From contig CAXNMF010000010.1 in NCBI GenBank assembly GCA_964203275.1, positions 16,159 through 80,158 on the forward strand: a stretch of DNA of 64,000 bases, in the 5' to 3' direction. Shown here piece after piece: positions 57,422 through 64,000 of this stretch. The stretch's first letter is position 1, and each line of letters starts with the position of its first letter. Under the pieces are notes generated by a model. It made no database searches. It saw nothing but the letters and a program-made list of their open reading frames with translations, and was not told the DNA's origin. The position numbers were made by a program, and so were the translations under genes. Source of the stretch: Burkholderiales bacterium (GTDB taxonomy: Bacteria; Pseudomonadota; Gammaproteobacteria; Burkholderiales; SG8-41).

Positions 57422-58342
57422 TCATTTTTTGATACGCACCTCCCGCAGCCCCTGCCCCCACCGCTTCTTCAGCATCGCCAGAAACTCCTGCGTCGCCGGT
57501 GACAACGTCACGCCCCGCCGCCGGATCACCGCCACCGTCCGCGTCAGACTCGGCTCGACCAGCGGCCGGCTGACCACTTGCGGATTGTTGCGCCCCGACA
57601 GCGCCAATGCCGGAACGGCAATCACACCGATACCCGCTTCGACCATGCCCAGCCCGGTCCAGAATGAATGCTGAACCTCATAGGTCCAGCGCTGCTGTGG
57701 CAGGTTGCCGGGCAGGCCGAAGTCGAGCAGCGCGCGGTTGCCGCTCATGCGGCCAACGGTGATCACGCGGTGCTGTTCCAGATCCGACCACTTCACCGTT
57801 TTCTTTTTTGCCAGCGGGTGATCGCGGTGGCAGGCCAGCACGAAGGGGTCTTCGAACAGGGCTTCGGTTTCCAGTTCCGGCGTATCGGCACCGGACAGCG
57901 TCAGCCCGAACTCGGCTTCGCCACCGAGCACGGCCTGCAGCACTTCGTTGGCATGCACATCCAGAATGCGAATGCGATTTTCCGGATGTTTCGCGCTGTA
58001 ATCACGAATCACCGGCGGCAACATGTGCATTGCCGCCGTCGGCACGCAGGCCACAGTGACCTGACCGGCGCCGCGTTTGGCCATGTCGCGCAGCCCGGCC
58101 AGCGAGTTCTCCAGTTCCTCGATCAGCCGACGCGCCTGCGGCAGGAAGTCGCGGCCAACCGCGGTAAGCCTCACCTTGCGCGTGGTACGGTCGAGCAGGC
58201 GCACGCCCAGTTCCTCCTCCAGCTTGCTGATGCGCCGCGACAGTGCAGATTGCGAAAGATGCAGTGCCTCTGCGGCCTGGTGAAAGCTGCCGAGTTCCGC
58301 AATGCGGGCAAAAGCCTGCAGGCCGTGGGTATCAATGTTCAT
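57422..58342 (-). CDS. LysR-family transcriptional regulator
   Basis: N-terminal wHTH LQAFARIAELGSFHQAAEALHLSQSALSRRISKLEEELGVRLLDR. 306 aa. Divergent from the flavoprotein/PrpD operon. Confidence 0.92.
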   Translation of the reverse strand: MNIDTHGLQAFARIAELGSFHQAAEALHLSQSALSRRISKLEEELGVRLLDRTTRKVRLTAVGRDFLPQARRLIEELENSLAGLRDMAKRGAGQVTVACVPTAAMHMLPPVIRDYSAKHPENRIRILDVHANEVLQAVLGGEAEFGLTLSGADTPELETEALFEDPFVLACHRDHPLAKKKTVKWSDLEQHRVITVGRMSGNRALLDFGLPGNLPQQRWTYEVQHSFWTGLGMVEAGIGVIAVPALALSGRNNPQVVSRPLVEPSLTRTVAVIRRRGVTLSPATQEFLAMLKKRWGQGLREVRIKK

Positions 58343-58372
58343 GGTTTAGGTGATTACATTTGGTGAACACGC

Positions 58373-58397
58373 CCTTCGACAAGCTCAGGGCGAACGG
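58373..58397. repeat. REP-like unit, third copy of the CTTCGACA[A/G]GCTC repeat
   Basis: CCTTCGACAAGCTCAGGGCGAACGG compared with CCTTCGACAGGCTCAGGACGAACGG at 12698..12722. Confidence 0.65.
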
Positions 58398-58427
58398 CTT
58401 TGGATTATTAATGCGTAGTAACGAACA

Positions 58428-58441
58428 ATTGTTGCAATAAT
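58428..58441. promoter_or_regulatory. Candidate LysR-binding dyad
   Basis: ATTGTTGCAATAAT is a near-perfect 14-nt palindrome (ATT-N8-AAT) in the divergent LysR/flavoprotein intergenic region. Confidence 0.3.
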
Positions 58442-58516
58442 CTCATTTTACTCATGAGTGTGATGAAAGGATAATTGCGCACCGTTCCAAACCTGCACAC
58501 CGAAAGGCCTCAGAAA

Positions 58517-60001
58517 ATGTCCGAATTTGATGTGATCGTCGTCGGCAAGGGCAACGCCGCCATGTGCGCCGCCCTGTCGGCCCATGACCAGGGCGCCAAA
58601 GTCGCCATTCTCGAAGCCGCATCCGAAGACGAAGGTGGCGGCAACAGCCGTTTTGCCGGCGGCGTCATGCGTTTTGCTTACGAAACCGTTGAGGATCTGC
58701 TGAAGATCACGGACATCACCGAGCAGGAAATCGCCGAGACCGATTTCGGCACCAACACCCGCGAGGAATTCCTCGACAAAATCCACCAGCTCACCGCCTA
58801 CCGCACTGATCCCGATCTGTCGGAGTATCTGGTCAACGAGAGCCTGCCGACGATGATCTGGCTACGCGAAAAAGGCGTGAAGTTCGTGCCGAACTGGGGT
58901 CGCCAGTCGGCAGTGGTCGACGGCAAGCGCAAATTCTTCGGCAACATGCCGATCGAAGCCCACGGCGGCGGCGCAGGCCTGGTGGAATACCTGAACAAGG
59001 CCGTTAAAAAAGCCGGCATCCCGGTGCATTTCGAAACCCGCGCGATCAAGCTGCTGTATGACGGCGCCACCGTCAGCGGCGTGCAGGTGCGGCAGAAGGG
59101 CAAATCCTTCGAGATGAAAGCCAAGGCTGTGGTGCTGGCCTGCGGCGGCTTCGAAGCCAATCCCGAAATGCGCGCACGTTACCTCGGCCCGGGCTGGGAA
59201 CTGGCGAAGGTTCGCGGCACGCGCTTCAACGTCGGTGACGGCCTGAAAATGGCGCTGGACATCGGTGCTGCGCCCTACGGCAACTGGTCGGGCTGCCATG
59301 CCACCGGCTGGGACCGTTACGCGCCGGAATTCGGCGACGTCAGCGTCGGCGACCAGTTCCAGAAACACAGCTACATCTTCGGCCTGCTGATCAATGCCGA
59401 AGGCAAACGCTTTGTCGATGAAGGTTATGACTTCCACTCCTTCACCTACGCCAAATACGGCGGCGAAGTACTGAAGCAGCCGGGCCAGTTCGCCTGGCAG
59501 GTGTTCGACTCCAAAGTCACCAAGCTGCTGCGTTCGGAATACCGCATCAAGTACATGACCAAGGTCAGCGCCAACACGCTGGAAGAACTCGCGACCAAGC
59601 TGGAAGGCGTCAATCCCGAACAGTTCCTGAAGACCGTGCGTGAGTACAACGCGGCTGTGCAAAAAGATGTGCCGTTCAATCACGTGATCAAGGACGGCAA
59701 GGGCACAGTCGGCATCGAGCCGCCGAAATCGAACTGGGCACAGGCGCTCGACGCCCCGCCCTACGACGCCTATGCCACGACCTGCGGCATCACCTTCACC
59801 TTCGGCGGCCTGCGCGTCGACAAGGAATCCGGTCAGGTGGTGGATTCGAACCAGTTGCCGATCCCCGGCCTGTATTGCGCCGGTGAAATGGTCGGCGGCC
59901 TGTTCTACTTCAACTACCCGAGCGGCACCGGCCTGGTATCCGGCGCCGTATTCGGCAAGCTCGCCGGCACCGCTGCAGGTAAAGCGGCCACACAGGGTTA
60001 A
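58517..60001 (+). CDS. FAD-dependent dehydrogenase, tricarballylate dehydrogenase (TcuA)-like / fumarate-reductase flavoprotein fold
   Basis: MSEFDVIVVGKGNAAMCAALSA (FAD). ...GGGNSRFAGGVMRF...VVLACGGFEAN...GLYCAGEMVGGLFYFNYPSGTGL. No TcuB-like FeS partner adjacent. Confidence 0.75.
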   Translation: MSEFDVIVVGKGNAAMCAALSAHDQGAKVAILEAASEDEGGGNSRFAGGVMRFAYETVEDLLKITDITEQEIAETDFGTNTREEFLDKIHQLTAYRTDPDLSEYLVNESLPTMIWLREKGVKFVPNWGRQSAVVDGKRKFFGNMPIEAHGGGAGLVEYLNKAVKKAGIPVHFETRAIKLLYDGATVSGVQVRQKGKSFEMKAKAVVLACGGFEANPEMRARYLGPGWELAKVRGTRFNVGDGLKMALDIGAAPYGNWSGCHATGWDRYAPEFGDVSVGDQFQKHSYIFGLLINAEGKRFVDEGYDFHSFTYAKYGGEVLKQPGQFAWQVFDSKVTKLLRSEYRIKYMTKVSANTLEELATKLEGVNPEQFLKTVREYNAAVQKDVPFNHVIKDGKGTVGIEPPKSNWAQALDAPPYDAYATTCGITFTFGGLRVDKESGQVVDSNQLPIPGLYCAGEMVGGLFYFNYPSGTGLVSGAVFGKLAGTAAGKAATQG

Positions 60002-60007
60002 CCCGCC

Positions 60008-61417
60008 ATGTCCTCGAACAAACCGCCGCTGCTCGCTGATGCCACCCGCGATCTTGCCCGCTTCGGTGCGGCGCTGCGTTATGAGGACATTCCCGCCGAG
60101 GCCGTTGCGCGTATCAAGCTGTCGCTACTCGACAGCCTGGGTTGCTGCCTGTTCGGCGCGACACTGCCGTGGACCCGGAAAGTTGCCGAACTCGCCGATA
60201 CCGAAGGCGCCAAAGCAGTCGCCACACTGATCGGCCTCGGTCGCAAGACCTCACCGGCGCTCGCCGCACTGGTCAATGGAACGTCGGGCCACGCGTTTGA
60301 ACTGGATGACATTCACAAGGAATCCATCGTCCATGCCGGATCGATCGCCACACCGGTGGCGCTGGGTCTCGCAGAGTCAAAGGGCAAAGTCTCGGGCCGC
60401 GATCTGCTGACGGCCATGGTCGCCGGTTATGAAATCGGCCACCGTGTCGGCAATGCAGCAACGATGAGCCTGTTTTTCCGTGGCTTTCATCCGCAGGGCA
60501 CTTCAGGCACTTTTGTTGCTGCAGCCACCGCGGCGCGCATGCTGAACCTCAACGCAACGCAGTTCCAGCACGCGCTCGGCATGGCGGGCTCACAGGCCGG
60601 CGGCCTGATGGCGGCGCAGGAAGGCGCGATGGTCAAACGCTTTCACAGCGGCCGCGCGGCGCAGAGCGGTGTGTATGCCGCGCAACTGGCTTCACGCGAT
60701 TTCACCGGCATTCTCGATGCGCTGGAAGCGCCGTACGGCGGTTATCTGTCGACCTACTCTGACAAACCGAATCCGTCGCGCCTCACTGATGGACTCGGCA
60801 AGACCTGGGAAACATTGAACGTCGGCTATAAGCCGCATGCCAGCGTCACCAGCATCCACAGCGCGCTCGATGCGCTGTCGGAACTGATGAAAGAACACGG
60901 CATCAAGGCCGGTGACATTGCCAAAGTCGAAACCGGCCTGTCGCCGATGACGCATGTGCACTGCGCCTGGGAATACAAGGCGCAGGGGGTCACCGCGGCA
61001 CAGATGAATCTGTATTACGGCATGGCAGTCATTGCGCTCGACGGCGCGGCTTTCACCGAACAGTTCCGTGAAGCGCGCCTCGCCGATCCGCAGATTCTCG
61101 ACTTCATCACGCGCATCACGGCGCATGTCGATCCCGAGATTGAAAAAATGGGCGCGCCTTTCCGTCATGCGTCGCGCGTGAAAATCACCACCCGCGCCGG
61201 CCAGGTGCATGAGAAACTCGCCCTGCATCGCCGCGGCAGCCCGGAGAATCCGCTGGCGCCGGAAGAAGTCATTCACAAATTCCGCAACGTCGTTTCACCG
61301 TGCATGAGCAAAGCCGACGCGGAGCGCATCATCACGACCGTTGAGCGTTGCGAATCACTCGCCGACATCAACGAACTTGCCGCCATCGTCGGCGCGGCAG
61401 TCACGCTGCCGAAGTAA
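60008..61417 (+). CDS. MmgE/PrpD-family protein (paralogue 2)
   Basis: LLDSLGCCLFGA, ALVNGTSGHAFELDD, MVKRFHSGRAAQSG. Confidence 0.85.
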   Translation: MSSNKPPLLADATRDLARFGAALRYEDIPAEAVARIKLSLLDSLGCCLFGATLPWTRKVAELADTEGAKAVATLIGLGRKTSPALAALVNGTSGHAFELDDIHKESIVHAGSIATPVALGLAESKGKVSGRDLLTAMVAGYEIGHRVGNAATMSLFFRGFHPQGTSGTFVAAATAARMLNLNATQFQHALGMAGSQAGGLMAAQEGAMVKRFHSGRAAQSGVYAAQLASRDFTGILDALEAPYGGYLSTYSDKPNPSRLTDGLGKTWETLNVGYKPHASVTSIHSALDALSELMKEHGIKAGDIAKVETGLSPMTHVHCAWEYKAQGVTAAQMNLYYGMAVIALDGAAFTEQFREARLADPQILDFITRITAHVDPEIEKMGAPFRHASRVKITTRAGQVHEKLALHRRGSPENPLAPEEVIHKFRNVVSPCMSKADAERIITTVERCESLADINELAAIVGAAVTLPK

Positions 61418-61500
61418 GCCCCGCAAAGTATTCACAAATATTTGTTTTTATTGATATTTCTATAGACCGTTTTTTTAGACTTACGACAGGAATCCGCCCC

Positions 61501-62898
61501 ATGGCCCAGCAATCGACGCAACCCCATCCCTACACCCGCGACATCGCCACCTTCGTTTCCGGCCTGACTTACGACAAGATTCCGGAAGAAGTGCGTCACC
61601 GCAACAAGCTGCTGATGCTGGATTCGCTGGGTTGTGCACTGTACGGCGCGGACCTCGAATGGACCCGCATCCTGCAGGATAAGCTCAGCAGCGTCGACAG
61701 CACCCGTCAATGCACTGTTTGGGGCACCAACAAGAAACTTTCCGCACCGCATGCCGCGCTGGTCAATGGCACCCAGGTGCAGGGCTTTGAACTGGATGAC
61801 GTACATCGTGCCGGCGTGCTGCATGTCGGCGCCGTCGTGCTGCCCGCGCTGATCTCGGTCACTGAACTGAAGCCTGGTATGAGCGGCAAGGAGTTCCTCA
61901 CCGCCTCCGTCGCCGGCTACGAAATCGGCCCGCGCGTCGGTCTGTGCATGGGCCCGGCGCACATCGCCTCCGGCTGGCACTCGGGAGCAACGCTGGGCGT
62001 GTTCTCTGCCGCCGCAGGCGCTGCGCGCGGCATGAAACTTGATGTCGACAAGACCGTGCACGCGCTGGGCATTGCCGGCACCCAGGCTGCAGGCCTGATG
62101 GCGGCGCAGTTCGGTGCGATGGTCAAACGCATGCACGCTGGCCGCTCCTCGCAGTCCGGCCTCTACGGCGCGTTGTTTGCCGAAGGCGGCTTCACCGGTA
62201 TCGTCGACGTGCTGGAGAATCCGTACGGCGGCTTCTGCACAACGATGTCGCAGTCCACCGACAAGTTCAATCTGAAGGAACTCACCGCCGGTTTCGGTGA
62301 AGTCTGGCAGACCATGGGTATCGCGCTGAAGTTCTACGCCTGCGTCGGCAGCAACCACACCACGCTGGATGCGCTGCGCGAGATGGATGCCGAACGCCCC
62401 TTCACCGCCAAGGACGTAAAAAAAGTTGTCGTCTACGGTTCCGAAGTCACGGTGCACCACGTCGGCTGGCCATACAAGCCGCAAGGCCTGACCTCGGCCC
62501 AGCTGAACCTGCCGTACTGCATCGGCACCTGGCTGCTGGAAAAAGACGTCTTCGTCGACCAGTTCACCGAAGCGATGGTCGCCGATCCGGCGCGCATTGC
62601 GGAGTCGCGCAAGGTTGAGGTGCTCCACGACCCGGCGATCACCGCGCTCGGCGCAAAAATGCGCCACAAGGTCCATGTCGAACTGCACCTTAACGACGGC
62701 ACAGTGATGAAGCGCACCGTCGAATCCGCACGTGGCAGTGAATTCCGTTTCGCCAGCGACGCCGACATCATCGCCAAGTTCGAAAAGCTGGCGGTCAAGG
62801 CGCTGCCGAAGGCACAGGTCGAGCAGTTGCGCGACGCAGTGATGGGCATCGAGAAACTGCCCGACGCTACCGTGCTGTCCAAACTGATGTCGGTTTAA
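61501..62898 (+). CDS. MmgE/PrpD-family protein (paralogue 3)
   Basis: Start set at MAQQSTQPHPY (ATG 61501). MLDSLGCALYGA, ALVNGTQVQGFELDD, MVKRMHAGRSSQSG. Confidence 0.85.
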   Translation: MAQQSTQPHPYTRDIATFVSGLTYDKIPEEVRHRNKLLMLDSLGCALYGADLEWTRILQDKLSSVDSTRQCTVWGTNKKLSAPHAALVNGTQVQGFELDDVHRAGVLHVGAVVLPALISVTELKPGMSGKEFLTASVAGYEIGPRVGLCMGPAHIASGWHSGATLGVFSAAAGAARGMKLDVDKTVHALGIAGTQAAGLMAAQFGAMVKRMHAGRSSQSGLYGALFAEGGFTGIVDVLENPYGGFCTTMSQSTDKFNLKELTAGFGEVWQTMGIALKFYACVGSNHTTLDALREMDAERPFTAKDVKKVVVYGSEVTVHHVGWPYKPQGLTSAQLNLPYCIGTWLLEKDVFVDQFTEAMVADPARIAESRKVEVLHDPAITALGAKMRHKVHVELHLNDGTVMKRTVESARGSEFRFASDADIIAKFEKLAVKALPKAQVEQLRDAVMGIEKLPDATVLSKLMSV

Positions 62899-62908
62899 CG
62901 TTGCAGCG

Positions 62909-64000
62909 ATGAGCGCCGCCAAGACCGCAGCACGCACGCTGGCCGAGTTCGCCACCGGACTGACCTACGAGCAGATCCCGGCGGCGGCGCGGGAACGCGC
63001 CCGCCAGTGCATCATCGACACCACCGGCGCGGCGCTGTTCGGCTCGCGCCTGCCGTGGAGCAAGATCGTCGCCGGGCATGCCCGCAGCTGCGGCGGTAAC
63101 GGCAGCAGCCGTGTCATCGGCACCGACCTCAAGATCGCGCCGCCCGCGGCGGCCCTGGCAAACGGCGTGTGTTCACATGCCTTCGAACTCGACGGCCTGC
63201 GTAAACCCAGCGCCGGTGTACATCCCGGCGCAATCCTGCTGCCGGCAGCGCTCGCTGCGGCAGAACAGCAAGGCGCCAGCGGCAAAGAGGTGCTGACCGC
63301 CTTCATCGCCGGCGCGGAGGTGATGTTCCGCATCGGCCTCGCCGCCAAACAATCCACCGAGTCGCTGGGCTTTCATGCGCCGGGCGTCAACGGGCCCTTC
63401 GGCTCAGCCATCGTCGCCGGTAAACTGCTGGGGCTCAATGCCGAACAGCTGACGCAGGCGCTGGGCATTGCCGGTTCTCTGGGCGGCGGCCTGCTCGCCT
63501 TCGCCAAGGCCGGCAACGGCGCGATGGTCAAACGCCTGCACATGGGGCGCGCCGCTGAAGCCGGTGTGGTCGCCGCATTGCTGGCGCGCGACGGTTACGA
63601 AGGCCCGGATACCGTGCTGGAAGGCCAATACGGCTATCTCGAATCCTATGCCCGCGACGGCGACGCGACGCAGTTCACCAAGGATCTCGGCACGCATTTC
63701 GATATCGTATATGCCTGCCTGAAACGTTACGCCTGTCACATCACCGCACACACGCCGGTGCAGTCGCTGCAGGAACTGCGCGCCGAAAATAATTTCAGTG
63801 GTGACGACGTTGCCGCACTGACCATCAATGCCCGTCATAAAGTGCTGTCGCATCACGACATCCGCGAACCGCGTGATGTCGCCGGCGCGCAATACAGCGT
63901 GCCCTTCTGTTCAGCAATTGCGCTGTATTACGACGTCAATGATCCGCTGGCCTTCTCGGAAACCGCTCTGAACGATGCCAAAGTACGCGCGCTGGCGCTG
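62909..64000 (+). CDS. MmgE/PrpD-family protein (paralogue 4), 3'-truncated by the window edge
   Basis: Not in the track because no stop is reached. Hand translation: MSAAKTAARTLAEFATGLTYEQIPAAARERARQCIIDTTGAALFGS...ALANGVCSHAFELDG...MVKRLHMGRAAEAG. Confidence 0.8.
   Translation, partial: MSAAKTAARTLAEFATGLTYEQIPAAARERARQCIIDTTGAALFGSRLPWSKIVAGHARSCGGNGSSRVIGTDLKIAPPAAALANGVCSHAFELDGLRKPSAGVHPGAILLPAALAAAEQQGASGKEVLTAFIAGAEVMFRIGLAAKQSTESLGFHAPGVNGPFGSAIVAGKLLGLNAEQLTQALGIAGSLGGGLLAFAKAGNGAMVKRLHMGRAAEAGVVAALLARDGYEGPDTVLEGQYGYLESYARDGDATQFTKDLGTHFDIVYACLKRYACHITAHTPVQSLQELRAENNFSGDDVAALTINARHKVLSHHDIREPRDVAGAQYSVPFCSAIALYYDVNDPLAFSETALNDAKVRALAL

Noticed and set aside
61432-62955. 507-aa minus-strand ORF
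   Set aside because: It is antisense to PrpD paralogue 3. Same shadow-ORF composition.

Overview
GC-rich chromosomal segment whose gene order looks betaproteobacterial (murJ/rpsT divergent pair, argD-argF-argG, xseB-ispA-dxs, clpS-clpA). I support about 70 protein genes, one tRNA (tRNA-Sec), several rho-independent terminators and three kinds of short GC-rich REP-like repeats. I saw no rRNA, CRISPR array, transposase or integrase. Most of the window is core metabolism. The main theme is selenium. selA, selB and a clear tRNA-Sec (selC) are present, and two genes have an in-frame TGA at a redox-motif position, each followed by a perfect short hairpin. The ORF track splits or truncates both genes. 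One is a GrdB/PrdB-family protein (20887..22098, minus strand, motif U-P-N-C-T-C). The other is a glutaredoxin-like domain with U-S-S-C fused to a DinB-like domain (47651..48421). The GrdB-like operon is transcribed divergently from an eight-gene ArsS-type radical-SAM/Cys-rich cluster (24053..32784), which has no arsM or ars resistance genes nearby. Other points of interest are a 458-aa orphan protein between cspA and aceB, two tandem tiny secreted Lys/Glu-repeat proteins, a low-GC BrnT/BrnA islet with a tandem palindromic operator, and a cluster of four MmgE/PrpD paralogues with a TcuA-like flavoprotein. At least nine single-base frame breaks affect otherwise well-conserved genes (PhnD-like, argD x2, chrA x4 or more, mnmA, probably brnT and DUF2784). 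This looks more like consensus indel error than decay, and it limits confidence in exact gene boundaries. All family assignments come from motif and sequence recognition by eye; no database search was possible.
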